A model generated the notes under the pieces. That model made no database searches, was not told where the DNA came from, and saw nothing but the letters and a program-made list of their open reading frames with translations. Below, in pieces: positions 10,967 to 21,029 of a DNA stretch of 64,000 bases. Within the stretch, counting starts at the first letter, position 1. Each line of letters starts with the position of its first letter. Source of the stretch: an uncultured bacterium (lineage in GTDB: Bacteria > Zixibacteria > MSB-5A5 > UBA10806). The position numbers were made by a program, and so were the translations under genes. The stretch spans positions 96,001 to 160,000 of the forward strand of contig CBEUCH010000004.1 in assembly GCA_965541585.1 (NCBI GenBank), in the 5' to 3' direction.

Positions 10967-11485
10967 TTGAATTATTTGAGAATTTTCGCTAAAAAACCGG
11001 TCATCCTTCTTGTGGTGTTGCTTACTGCTTTTGCTACTGCAATAGCGGATGATGTTATTGAACATGGCCGAATAGGTCTTAGCGCCTCACTGCAGGGAGG
11101 CCAGCTCGACATACTCTTGCCATCTTGGCTCAGTAACGAATTTGTAATAATACCTGCATTTGGTTTGACACATGTCGCTGATGCGGCCGATGATATTCGC
11201 GTAGGTGTCGCATTTCGCTATAACTTCCGAAAGGGAACATCCGTTCCTTATCTGGGGGCTCGTTTTGCTTTCTTAATGCTGCTACCCGAGAGTGGAGACA
11301 GCCAGACTGATATTGTTGCAGGGCCATTCTTTGGTGGAGAATATTTTATAAACAAGCATTTCAGCTTCGGTGTGGAGGGTCAGATAAATGCAGCAAAGTC
11401 GGCTGAAGATTCTTTTCGTTTCAATAACCCCAATAAAACAAACATCAACACAGCTGCCGCTATATTTGGCACCTTTTACTTTTAA
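10967..11485 (+). CDS. Small outer-membrane beta-barrel protein
   Basis: SD AGGAGG then TTG; signal peptide; GGEYF..HFSFGVE; terminal FYF. Confidence 0.6.
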   Translation: MNYLRIFAKKPVILLVVLLTAFATAIADDVIEHGRIGLSASLQGGQLDILLPSWLSNEFVIIPAFGLTHVADAADDIRVGVAFRYNFRKGTSVPYLGARFAFLMLLPESGDSQTDIVAGPFFGGEYFINKHFSFGVEGQINAAKSAEDSFRFNNPNKTNINTAAAIFGTFYF

Positions 11486-11533
11486 TTCTCGAACCAGTTC
11501 CCAATACCTGAATTGGGTCAAATTGTTGAAACT

Positions 11534-13102
11534 CTACCACCATACCTGCCTGCCGTCTTCTATTGTAAAGATCCGCTCCTCTTTATCGGAATCTGTGGCC
11601 ACCAGCCAGTAGAGACATCCGGCGGGGATACTATCGAACACCAAAGGCTTATTTTCGGCGACAGATTTCGCCAGTGTCTGCCAGCCATCGCTCCAGTAAA
11701 ATAGTTCATACTCCTGCCCGGTAGTCAGGAAAGTCTCTACAATGCCATCGGTCGAGATCTCCTGTTTGCGCCGGGTGGTGGAGATCAGCTGAACAGGTTG
11801 CTTATTTGAATCATCCGGCTCTAATTCGGCAAGAATACCATCTATATCGAGAATGAATGGCGATCCGAATGGCATGATCTCCTCATTGATATAAAGCGCC
11901 GGCAGATAGGCGATATCCCTGCCCATATCGGTGAAGGTCGCAGAACCGTTTTCGATTTTGCCCCAATGGATCGGTTTCCATTCACCGGTGTTGAATACGC
12001 ACAGGTATGCGATATCGACCGAGTCCGGAATCTCTCGTTTGAATTCCAACGTAACATCGAGGGCATCTGTATAATCCGCGGTCACGTCAATATAACTCTT
12101 GCGGGCAAGCCAGCGTGGTATCTTCTCCTGTTTCCTCTCCTGAAAAACGAGATTGTTCATTTGTATGCTGAATGTCTTGCGATAGACCTTGGCCAGTTTG
12201 TTGGCCAGGCGATACTGTCCCGGGTTACTCTCAGCCCCCATAAACGGAATCACCTTGCCGTCGGGCGTAACGATGGCGTTCCAGGCATGGTTATTCCCGG
12301 AGTTGGCCCAGTAGGGCGTATAATCGCTGGTGACCGCCAGACCGTTGGCACGCATGGCGTAGATAGCCAGGTTGGTCATATCCTCGCATCGCCCCAGCTT
12401 ATTCTCGATCATCTCTGACAGCCCCTGGTCGGTGGGATGATAGTAAAATCGAGGGTCGAACCCAAACCAGGATTTGACATCGTCATTGATCAACGCCGCC
12501 GCCTCGATCGGATCGGACTGGTCGGTCATCTTTGTAGCTATATCTTTATATTTTTCCAAAAAAGTCTCGCGCCAATCTTCCAAGGGCTCGTTGCTGCCGC
12601 GATACGGCAGGATGTATTCACAGAATTGTTCGAATGAAAAATCTCTTGACCATGGTCTCTGACGCCAGGCCGCGAATGCGAAATCTATCTGGTTGATTAG
12701 AAATTCACCGGTGATGATGTTGAAATCGTACATCATTTCCTTTTTTTCAAAATCGAGTTCCCCGTGCCTGGATTCCAGGGTGTCCACGGCTGCTTTCAAG
12801 GCCTCGTAATCGGAATAATCGAGCACATTGAAATCGACCTTTGCCCCCGCTGAGTCGATCATATCGTATATTACGTAGCCGTGGCCTTCCATGTTGGCAA
12901 TCAGATAATATGCTGCTTCCAGTTTCAGTGAATCACCGCCGGATGAGTAGTGGGACAGGACTTTCTCCAACTCGCCACGATTCTCGCCCGCCGCCTCCAG
13001 AGCCTCGACCACCGGCTGCGGATACGCGCCTGCCTGAGCAAAGACCGATACATACAAAAAAGTCATTAACAGCGAAAAAATAATACCATATTCTCTGAGC
13101 AT
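11534..13102 (-). CDS. Exported transglutaminase-like domain protein
   Basis: SD GGAGG then ATG; signal peptide; GRCEDM and NNHAWN Cys/His motifs; ALEAAGENRGELEKVL N-terminal motif. Confidence 0.7.
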   Translation of the reverse strand: MLREYGIIFSLLMTFLYVSVFAQAGAYPQPVVEALEAAGENRGELEKVLSHYSSGGDSLKLEAAYYLIANMEGHGYVIYDMIDSAGAKVDFNVLDYSDYEALKAAVDTLESRHGELDFEKKEMMYDFNIITGEFLINQIDFAFAAWRQRPWSRDFSFEQFCEYILPYRGSNEPLEDWRETFLEKYKDIATKMTDQSDPIEAAALINDDVKSWFGFDPRFYYHPTDQGLSEMIENKLGRCEDMTNLAIYAMRANGLAVTSDYTPYWANSGNNHAWNAIVTPDGKVIPFMGAESNPGQYRLANKLAKVYRKTFSIQMNNLVFQERKQEKIPRWLARKSYIDVTADYTDALDVTLEFKREIPDSVDIAYLCVFNTGEWKPIHWGKIENGSATFTDMGRDIAYLPALYINEEIMPFGSPFILDIDGILAELEPDDSNKQPVQLISTTRRKQEISTDGIVETFLTTGQEYELFYWSDGWQTLAKSVAENKPLVFDSIPAGCLYWLVATDSDKEERIFTIEDGRQVWW

Positions 13103-13151
13103 CCTTACCTCCATATTATCTGAAAAATATCATGGTCAGCGTCATTAAAAG

Positions 13152-14312
13152 CTATTCGCCCTCTCCATAAGTTCCAAGCGTTTTCCCTGCCGAAGCTTTT
13201 TCGCCGGTTGTCTCGAATGAAAAAAGTAAAAATGGAAGCGCAAAAGAGAAATAGGAAATATCGAATCTATCTCCCAGAACCGATTCGGTCAGGCCGAAAT
13301 TGATTATCGAGATAACAAACGCAACAAACACAACGCCAAAAAGCATCACCGAAATTGCCGTATAGATACCTTTGAGGGATTTAATACCTAATCCGCATGC
13401 GACCGAAGCAATGATCGCCAGAATGAAAACCCAAACCGGTATATATGATAATTGAATGACGAACGGCCCCGATTCGACAAAACGCTTCGCATCCCATATC
13501 AGAAAAGGCGCCAGAGTGAGAACGAAGCCGGCCAGCATCGAAACAATAAAAAAACCGTATCTGAATCGATCTCTTCTGATCGCAAATAAAAAGAAGATAA
13601 TATAAATAAGAAACACAACTCCCCTGGTGGAGAGCAATAATCCTCCTGCTATCCCCAACAATATGGGAGAAATATATTCTCTTTTGCGGTTGTATAACTG
13701 GAAAATCGTAAGATACAGCATAATCATAACCATGTTACTGAAAAGATCGCTGCGGACGACAATTTCAAACAGGAATATCGGCGCAGCCATCAGCAAAAGG
13801 ATAATACGAAATCTGGAGAGATCGCTTTCCCTGTGCCCGAGATGAACGATAATAGCAAAAACCAAAAAGCTGAATATCTGGAAAAATCCAATATCCCCGA
13901 GAATATAGAAGGGAACTGCCAGTATAAAAAGGAATGGGAAACCGGAAGGATTGACACCGGACGCATACGGAAATTCACCGCTCAGCAACCTTGTTATCCA
14001 TTCGTACATGGCCGGGTATCGTCCCACGGCGATCTTCGCAGGGTCGAATTGCAGCATAATTACGGTCAGAACGCATGCGGAAAAGAAAACCAGCGAGAAG
14101 TAAATTCTATTCTGAACGTTTGCGGATAGATTTATCTCATTGTCTCTTAGCGAAAAATACAAAACCGTAATTATGATCCCGAGGTAGATCAAGGCTGATA
14201 TAACCGGGTATGGCAGATAATCGGAGGCATACTTCCATACGAATAATATGTTCATGAAAATATAAATGCACGCTCTAATAAGGTTGGCGGTTGAGATCTT
14301 TCCGATTGTCAT
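13152..14312 (-). CDS. Polytopic membrane protein (possibly GT-C-like)
   Basis: About 10 hydrophobic segments; GEFPY/PFLIWD motifs. Confidence 0.55.
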   Translation of the reverse strand: MTIGKISTANLIRACIYIFMNILFVWKYASDYLPYPVISALIYLGIIITVLYFSLRDNEINLSANVQNRIYFSLVFFSACVLTVIMLQFDPAKIAVGRYPAMYEWITRLLSGEFPYASGVNPSGFPFLFILAVPFYILGDIGFFQIFSFLVFAIIVHLGHRESDLSRFRIILLLMAAPIFLFEIVVRSDLFSNMVMIMLYLTIFQLYNRKREYISPILLGIAGGLLLSTRGVVFLIYIIFFLFAIRRDRFRYGFFIVSMLAGFVLTLAPFLIWDAKRFVESGPFVIQLSYIPVWVFILAIIASVACGLGIKSLKGIYTAISVMLFGVVFVAFVISIINFGLTESVLGDRFDISYFSFALPFLLFSFETTGEKASAGKTLGTYGEGE

Positions 14313-14589
14313 GCCTTAATTCAATCCGGTCGAGTTCTCCTTCCCCGGCAATCTAACGGAAATACCAGGGCTCTACAAGGGCTTTATGCGGTATAATTTC
14401 CGGAGGGTCTTTTCTCTGGTGATGTGGCTTATAACCGGGAAACATCTCATTCAAAAGAGGCGTTTTAGATCTGTAAATCAAATCGCACGCTGTGGGAGAT
14501 TCAGGAGGAGCTGAGTTCGGGATTGCTAAAAGATCGGTCTTGTTATAAATAACAACGGAAGTTTGATAATTTGAGCTATGAGAGGTGAC

Positions 14590-16242
14590 ATGAAAGTATC
14601 TGATCTGGTTATAAGCTGTCTGGAAGCCGAGGGGGTCAAATATGTCTTTGGGCTTCCCGGTGAGGAGACGGAGGATCTGCTTTTTTCGCTGGAGAAATCG
14701 CCGATAAAATTCGTTCCAGTTCGGTTGGAGTTGGGAGCTTCGTTCATGGCCAATGTCTACGGCCGGATCACCGGCAAAGCGGGGGTCTGCCTTTCCACGC
14801 TGGGCCCGGGGGCTACTAATATGATAACGGGGACGGCGGATGCTCATCTCGACAAGGCCCCGCTGGTGGCCATTACGGGGCAAGGTAGTTCAGCCCGTGT
14901 TCATAAGGAGAGCCATCAGAATATTGATATCATCTCCATGTTCAAGCCGATTACCAAGTGGAACGCCAGTATCCAGAATCCGCATGTAGTGACCGAGGTT
15001 GTGCGCAAAGCCTTCAAGCTGGCCGAGATGGAAAAGCCGGGAGCCACTCAATTCGAGTTGCCGGAGGATGTGGCCAAGATGGAGTGTATGCATGAACCGA
15101 TTCCGCCAAGGCGGCTGAGAAGGGCAGCGCCCGACTATAAGGCATTAGATGAAGCTTACAGATTGTTGAAAAAATGTAAATTCCCTCTTATCCTGGCGGG
15201 CAACGGTGCCATCCGTAAAATGGCCTCGCGGCATCTAAGGCAATTCGTTGCGGACACTCATATCCCGGTCGTCTCGACTTATATGGGGAAAGGAGCTATA
15301 TCCGACAAGGACGACCATTCCCTTTTCACTGTGGGCCTGCAGGCCAGGGATTTTGTCATGCATGCTTTCGATAAGGCAGATCTGATCATAACGGTCGGAT
15401 ATGATATTGCGGAGTACGCGCCGGAGTTCTGGAACCCCGGCAAGGATAATAAAATTATCCATATCGATTTTCTGCCGGCCGAGGTCTATGAATTTTACCA
15501 GCCCGAGGTGGAGATAGTCTCAGACGTATCGGGCGCTCTATGGGCGTTAAATAAGAGAGTCTCCGAGGAGAATCTCGTCTTCGACGGGGAATGGTATCAG
15601 CCGCTTAGAAAACATATCTTAGACGATTTCAAATCATACAGGCTGAAGGAGGGCGACGATTTCACAGTCCCGGGGACGCTGCATATAATCCGGGAATTCA
15701 TGAATCCCGGGGATATTCTGATCTCGGATGTCGGTAGTCATAAGATCTGGGTAGGACGAAACTACCCGGTGTATGAGCCGAATTCGGTTTTGATATCCAA
15801 CGGTCTGGCCAGCATGGGGATCGCTCTGCCGGGAGGAATTGCAGCAAAGCTGGCCAAGCCGAATAAGCAGGTCGTGACGGTTATGGGCGACGGTGGCTTC
15901 CTCATGAATTCCCAGGAAATAGAAACCGCCAAGAGAATAGGCGTAGGTTTTACCATTGTAGTCTTTAATGACAATGATTATGGCTTGATCTCATGGAAAC
16001 AAACCGGCCATACCGGCAAAACTTTCGGGACCGGTCTGACAAATCCGGATTTTAAAAAATACGCGGAAAGTTTCGGGATCAAAGGTTATGCTCCCAAGAC
16101 TCTCGGGGAGTTGAGGAATAATCTGAAGGAGGCGATCACCAGCCAGGAGTTGTGTCTGGTGGAGATTCCGATTCAGCCGGAGGTTAATTATCAACTGAGC
16201 AAAAAACTCAAAAGCGATAGATTCGAATTTGGTGAAACATAG
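14590..16242 (+). CDS. ThDP-dependent enzyme, acetolactate synthase-like / 2-oxoglutarate decarboxylase-like
   Basis: FGLPGEE, STLGPGATN, HKESHQ, SNGLASMG, GDGGFLMN..ND ThDP motif. Confidence 0.85.
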   Translation: MKVSDLVISCLEAEGVKYVFGLPGEETEDLLFSLEKSPIKFVPVRLELGASFMANVYGRITGKAGVCLSTLGPGATNMITGTADAHLDKAPLVAITGQGSSARVHKESHQNIDIISMFKPITKWNASIQNPHVVTEVVRKAFKLAEMEKPGATQFELPEDVAKMECMHEPIPPRRLRRAAPDYKALDEAYRLLKKCKFPLILAGNGAIRKMASRHLRQFVADTHIPVVSTYMGKGAISDKDDHSLFTVGLQARDFVMHAFDKADLIITVGYDIAEYAPEFWNPGKDNKIIHIDFLPAEVYEFYQPEVEIVSDVSGALWALNKRVSEENLVFDGEWYQPLRKHILDDFKSYRLKEGDDFTVPGTLHIIREFMNPGDILISDVGSHKIWVGRNYPVYEPNSVLISNGLASMGIALPGGIAAKLAKPNKQVVTVMGDGGFLMNSQEIETAKRIGVGFTIVVFNDNDYGLISWKQTGHTGKTFGTGLTNPDFKKYAESFGIKGYAPKTLGELRNNLKEAITSQELCLVEIPIQPEVNYQLSKKLKSDRFEFGET

Positions 16243-16257
16243 GATGGCGAGGTTTCT

Positions 16258-17616
16258 ATGAGGGCGATAAATCCTGCGACGGATGAACTGATAAAAGATT
16301 ATAAGGAGCATACACCGAAGGAAGTCGAGCGGATAATCGAAACAACCGAAAAAGACTATCTGAGGTGGCGCGAGGTATCTTTCGCCGAACGCAGCGGTTT
16401 GATGCTGAAGGCTGCCGAAATCCTGAGAGTGAAAAAGGACGATTACGCTCGCACCATTACAACTGAAATGGGCAAAGTTATTACCGAATCCCGGGCCGAG
16501 GTTGAGAAGTGCGCCTCGGTTTGCGAGTATTACGCCGAAAACGCCGAGAGATTCCTGGCAGACGAGACAATAGAAAGCGACGCCGGCAGGAGTTTCGTGG
16601 CTTTTCAGCCGCTGGGAATAATCCTGGCGGTCATGCCCTGGAATTTTCCGTTCTGGCAGGTATTTCGTTTCGCCGCCCCGACACTGATGGCCGGCAATGC
16701 CGGTGTCCTGAAGCACGCCTCCAACGTGCCCGGATCGGCTCTGGCTATAGAGGAGGTTTTCAGAGAGGCCGGGTTCCCGCAAAACATTTTCAGAACGTTG
16801 TTGATTCCCGCAGCTCAGGTAGAGGATGTCATAAAAAACGTGAATATAAAAGCGGTCACCCTTACGGGGAGCGAATCGGCGGGGAGCCAGGTGGCTTCCA
16901 TAGCCGGCCGTGAGCTTAAGAAAACCCTCTTAGAACTGGGAGGATCGGACCCGTATATCGTTCTCGACGATGCTGATATCGAAGCCTGTGTGAATACTTC
17001 CGTAAAGGCCAGGATGATCAACGTCGGGCAGAGCTGTATCGCCGCTAAAAGGTTTATCGTGGTGGCACCGTTGGTGGAAAAATTCGAAAAAGAGCAGACC
17101 CGTATCATGAAAGCTTTGAAAATCGGCGATCCCCTTTTGGAGGATACCCAGGTGGGCTCCATGGCCCGCATGGATCTGCTGGAGGAACTGGACGACCAGG
17201 TTCAGAGATCGATTAAATCCGGCGCCAGGCTTCTCTGCGGCGGAAAAAAGGCCGATAGAAAGGGAGCATTCTATCTGCCCACCGTGCTGACTGATGTGAA
17301 AAAGGGCATGGCTGCTTACGAGCAGGAGACGTTCGGCCCGGTTTCCGCGATTATTCCGGTTAAAGACGCCGACGAAGCCGTGGCCGTGGCCAATGATTCC
17401 GAGTTCGGGCTGGGGGGATCCGTCTGGTCCCGCGATATCGAAAAGGCGGAATCCGTAGCACGCAGGATAGAATCCGGAGCTGTGTTTATCAACGGTATGA
17501 CCAAGTCCGATCCGCGTCTACCGTTTGGCGGCGTGAAAAGATCCGGCTACGGACGGGAGCTCTCCCACTATGGTATCAAGGAGTTTGTCAACGTAAAGAC
17601 CATCTGGATCGCTTAG
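16258..17616 (+). CDS. NAD(P)-dependent succinate-semialdehyde dehydrogenase family protein
   Basis: MPWNFPFWQVFRFA, LKHASNVP, TGSE, LELGGSDP, GQSCIAAKR, ETFGP, PFGGVKRSGYGREL. Confidence 0.88.
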   Translation: MRAINPATDELIKDYKEHTPKEVERIIETTEKDYLRWREVSFAERSGLMLKAAEILRVKKDDYARTITTEMGKVITESRAEVEKCASVCEYYAENAERFLADETIESDAGRSFVAFQPLGIILAVMPWNFPFWQVFRFAAPTLMAGNAGVLKHASNVPGSALAIEEVFREAGFPQNIFRTLLIPAAQVEDVIKNVNIKAVTLTGSESAGSQVASIAGRELKKTLLELGGSDPYIVLDDADIEACVNTSVKARMINVGQSCIAAKRFIVVAPLVEKFEKEQTRIMKALKIGDPLLEDTQVGSMARMDLLEELDDQVQRSIKSGARLLCGGKKADRKGAFYLPTVLTDVKKGMAAYEQETFGPVSAIIPVKDADEAVAVANDSEFGLGGSVWSRDIEKAESVARRIESGAVFINGMTKSDPRLPFGGVKRSGYGRELSHYGIKEFVNVKTIWIA

Positions 17617-17729
17617 GCGACAGGTTTTCGATGCATTTTAAGCTGCTCGCGTAGAAGAAACCATTGTCAGGTGAGAAACATCATTATTGAATTCCCGCCA
17701 TATCTCTTTAAATTAGTATCGAACCGTTC

Positions 17730-18446
17730 TTGACAAACAGCGGTCTTTACCCCGAAATATCTATCGTGCCAAGACAACGTATAGAATACCCGGGTCTGAC
17801 AATCACCAACGGCGATGCCGAAAAGCATTTCGATTTCTACGATATCAGGATGCGCGGCTATTATATCGATGCTATAGAGAGTCTCTTTGGACAGAAGAAC
17901 ATCGAGGGTAAAGTGCTTGATATCGGCGGCGGGCCGGGAGTCTTCGGAATGATGCTTTGCGATAAGGCGGAGTTCGCCACAGCGGTCGAGCTGGAGCAAT
18001 CGTCGCTGCTGGTGCGGATCGGCGAGGCCATATCTTCGCGTAACGGTTACGGCAGTAGAATTTCTTTTAAAATCTGGGACGGCAATACGCTTCCCTTTGC
18101 GGATGACACGTTCGATGCCGTTGTCAGCCTTCTTTCGCTTCACCGCTGGAAAAATCCACAGGCGATCTTCCCCGAGATCGAGCGGGTTCGCAAAAAAGAC
18201 AGTCTGGCGCTGATCCGTGATTTCCGCCGGGACCAGTCCTTCCTGCCGTTTTATACGTTCGTTCAAAAAACCAGATTGGCCATGGGCAAAGAGGTAGCTC
18301 TCAACCTCCTGAATTCGTTTAAAGCGTCGTATACCGTAGAAGAAATCGAAGAGATTATAAAAAGGGCGGGCCTGTCAGGTTGGCAAATGGAGAAAAACGG
18401 ACGATTATTGACCGCAAAATCTCCAGCGGATAAAACGGGAGTTTAG
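17730..18446 (+). CDS. Class I SAM-dependent methyltransferase (start uncertain)
   Basis: VLDIGGGPG; LPFADDTFDAVVS..SLH; DFRRD. Confidence 0.75.
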   Translation: MTNSGLYPEISIVPRQRIEYPGLTITNGDAEKHFDFYDIRMRGYYIDAIESLFGQKNIEGKVLDIGGGPGVFGMMLCDKAEFATAVELEQSSLLVRIGEAISSRNGYGSRISFKIWDGNTLPFADDTFDAVVSLLSLHRWKNPQAIFPEIERVRKKDSLALIRDFRRDQSFLPFYTFVQKTRLAMGKEVALNLLNSFKASYTVEEIEEIIKRAGLSGWQMEKNGRLLTAKSPADKTGV

Positions 18447-18504
18447 CGAACGTAAGCAGAACTGAACGGTCCTGGATGTTGATTTCGCAGTTAAGAGGTA
18501 TAGT

Positions 18505-19503
18505 ATGAGGATTCAGCCGCCGCCTCGTTTTTCTCTGGCGCAGTTGCCGACGCCACTGGAGATCTTTCCGCTCTCGCCCGATCCCGGATCGCGGATAGAG
18601 ATTTTTATAAAAAGGGACGATATGACGGGCTCGATCCTGTCCGGGAATAAGATCCGCAAGCTGGAGTTCCTTTTTTACGATCTCATTTCCAAGAAAAAGA
18701 ATATGGTCATAACCTGTGGAGGAGTGCAATCCAACCATTGCCGCGCTGTGGCGGCTCTGTGTGCCGCATCCGGCATCGAATGTCGATTGGTGCTGAAAGG
18801 CAGAGAACCCGGAACGCCGGACGGCAATTATTTTCTCTGCAGGCTTTTCGGAGCGAAGGCTAAATTTATCGCCTCCAAGGAATACGAAGAAAGAGTGGAT
18901 GATATCATGCGGGGTATGGCTCGACGCTTCAAGGCCAGGGGCAAAAGGCCGTATGTTATATCGGAGGGCGGCTCGGATCCTCTCGGCGTCTGGGGGTATA
19001 TCAAGGCGCTGGAGGAAATCAAAAAACAGATCGAAAAGGCGAAAATAGAAATCGATACCATCGCCTGTGCCGTGGGATCCGGGGGCACCTACGCCGGATT
19101 ATATCTCGGAAGCAAAATCACCGGCTGGGATATCAGAATCCTGGGCTTTGCGGTTTCGCGCAGATCGGTATATTCTCAGAAACAGATTTTCGATATATGC
19201 CTCGCCGTGGAAAATGACCTCGGTAGGAATTTGAATATTAATCCTGAAGAATTCGAAATAGACGACCGATTCATCGGACCCGGCTACGGCAAAATCGGCC
19301 CGGTGGAAACCGATTTTATAAAGAAAGTGGCCAGGAACTCAGGCCTAGTACTGGATCCGGCCTACACCTCCAAGGCGCTGCTGGGATTGTTCAGCAGTAT
19401 CACCGAGGGCAGATTTCGCAAGGGCTCCAATATAATTTTCATTCATACCGGCGGGCAATGGGGCTTGCTTCCTTTTCGGGGACGACTTACCGGGAAAAGA
19501 TAA
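18505..19503 (+). CDS. D-cysteine desulfhydrase / ACC deaminase family PLP enzyme
   Basis: KRDD..SGNKIRKLE, QSNH, GSGGT, LDPAYTSK, HTGG. Confidence 0.88.
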   Translation: MRIQPPPRFSLAQLPTPLEIFPLSPDPGSRIEIFIKRDDMTGSILSGNKIRKLEFLFYDLISKKKNMVITCGGVQSNHCRAVAALCAASGIECRLVLKGREPGTPDGNYFLCRLFGAKAKFIASKEYEERVDDIMRGMARRFKARGKRPYVISEGGSDPLGVWGYIKALEEIKKQIEKAKIEIDTIACAVGSGGTYAGLYLGSKITGWDIRILGFAVSRRSVYSQKQIFDICLAVENDLGRNLNINPEEFEIDDRFIGPGYGKIGPVETDFIKKVARNSGLVLDPAYTSKALLGLFSSITEGRFRKGSNIIFIHTGGQWGLLPFRGRLTGKR

Positions 19504-19719
19504 ATAAAAAAGGTTAAAAATAGAGCCATAATCACTTCATCGACTGCAACAAATAGGCAATTCCATTCATAATATTGTAGTTTTGGCTTGCACAAAAAGC
19601 CATGCCGCAGTATATTGACTTAAAGGCCATGATAAACCTCATTGTGAGGGGTTAATTGCTTGTGGTATAATAAATTACATTTCCTGAAAGACTGCCGGAA
19701 AAGCCGGAAATGCCGGCTG

Positions 19720-19735
19720 GGGCATGAGGTTTGCT
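19720..19735 (+). promoter_or_regulatory. Putative sigma54 (-24/-12) promoter
   Basis: GGGCATGAGGTTTGCT, i.e. GG-N10-GC, about 40 nt upstream of ATG 19776. Confidence 0.55.
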
Positions 19736-19775
19736 TTATTCCGGGTGGAAGCGAAAAGTCAAACTCGGGGGATGA

Positions 19776-20396
19776 ATGTTAAGGAATGGTCTTGAAAGAG
19801 GTTTTACAGAGAGAAATCTTCCTCTAACGAAAAATCCTAAGGTGGGAAGGGATAAACTCGGATGGTACATATACACCACCAGCGAAAACGTAAAAGTATA
19901 TTTCGATGATTTCTACAGTTTCCTGGAGAATACCGAGACCAACGGCCTGAGGGAACTCAGAGAGCTTACCGATAAGATTGAATCGACTCAGGAAGAACAG
20001 GAAGAATCCCTGGCCTTCTATCGCGCTAAAAAGATCATATTGGAGCGTCTCTTAAAACATCTCTACCTTTGCTACGCAGACTCCAAGAATCTATCATCCA
20101 TTATGACTCCCTGGTGTTTCGGCACGGTTGTTCTGGAGAAGATCGAGATATACCGCGACCGGATTTCCAAGGGCCTGGTGCAGGACGCCAACATACCGGA
20201 ATACCCGTTTTATGTCCTGCAGTATATCGATGAGATCTACAAGAGGACCCTGCTCGATCTGCTCAAGTTTCCGGAGAAGGCGCTTTCCATGCGCTGGCAG
20301 TATTCGGAGCTATTGAAGCGCTACAGCAAGGTGCTTTCGAATGTAACAAACTCGCTTCAAAGCGTTTTGACCATGATAAAAAGCTACGGACGATAA
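19776..20396 (+). CDS. Hypothetical cytoplasmic, probably helical protein
   Basis: 206-aa ORF with a G-rich SD and its own terminator; no motif recognised. Confidence 0.75.
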   Translation: MLRNGLERGFTERNLPLTKNPKVGRDKLGWYIYTTSENVKVYFDDFYSFLENTETNGLRELRELTDKIESTQEEQEESLAFYRAKKIILERLLKHLYLCYADSKNLSSIMTPWCFGTVVLEKIEIYRDRISKGLVQDANIPEYPFYVLQYIDEIYKRTLLDLLKFPEKALSMRWQYSELLKRYSKVLSNVTNSLQSVLTMIKSYGR

Positions 20397-20426
20397 ATTT
20401 TCTCTTCCCCCTCTGGTTTTTGGGTT

Positions 20427-20457
20427 GCCCCGCTGCATGATGTGGCGGGGCTTTTTT
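20427..20457 (+). terminator. Rho-independent terminator
   Basis: GCCCCGCTGCA-TGA-TGTGGCGGGGC followed by TTTTTT. Confidence 0.8.
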
Positions 20458-20541
20458 ATGTGATACCGGTTACCGCGTGCCCGGCGTGATTCACACTTTC
20501 AATCATACTATTTCGTTTCTGTCGCGGGCACATGCGCAGTT

Positions 20542-20994
20542 TTACACAAGCCGATCGCTATGAGATTTGCGGCGGACGGTTCCGCCGACTACCAGGGCGG
20601 CGCTGATGAGGATCAGATTTTTTATGATATACTGACCCTCGAGCGTCAACCCCAGGGGAAATTGCGCAAAACAAACGTCCGGTAGAAGTATCAAGGGCAG
20701 CATAGTGCCCGGCATCTGCAAAAAAAGCAGCAGGATAGAAACGCGGATCAGCGGTCTGATCAATAGCCCGATACCGATAGCTACCTCCCACCACCCCAGC
20801 ACAGGAACGAAAATTTCAGGCTGGAACCAGTAAACGGTTCGTCTCACCAGTTCTTCGGCCGGACTCATGCCCAGAAATTTCAAAGCGCCAAACCAGATAA
20901 ATATAACCGCCAGCGAAATTCTGAGAAAGAGACGGCCGTATTTATCCATAAAGCCGGAAATGCGCCGGTCTATACTGTTGAGTGGTTCAATCAT
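20542..20994 (-). CDS. DoxX/YkgB-like membrane protein
   Basis: LRISLAVIFIWFGALK; EGQYIIKNLIL. Confidence 0.75.
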   Translation of the reverse strand: MIEPLNSIDRRISGFMDKYGRLFLRISLAVIFIWFGALKFLGMSPAEELVRRTVYWFQPEIFVPVLGWWEVAIGIGLLIRPLIRVSILLLFLQMPGTMLPLILLPDVCFAQFPLGLTLEGQYIIKNLILISAALVVGGTVRRKSHSDRLV

Positions 20995-21029
20995 CTACTG
21001 CTGTCCCCGATTTTGGAGGAGCGGCTTTT

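Noticed and set aside
14353..14883. Long antisense ORFs (also 15991-16782, 42499-43296, 56374-57090 and others)
   Set aside because: They are shadow frames of well-supported genes on the opposite strand and have no motifs of their own.
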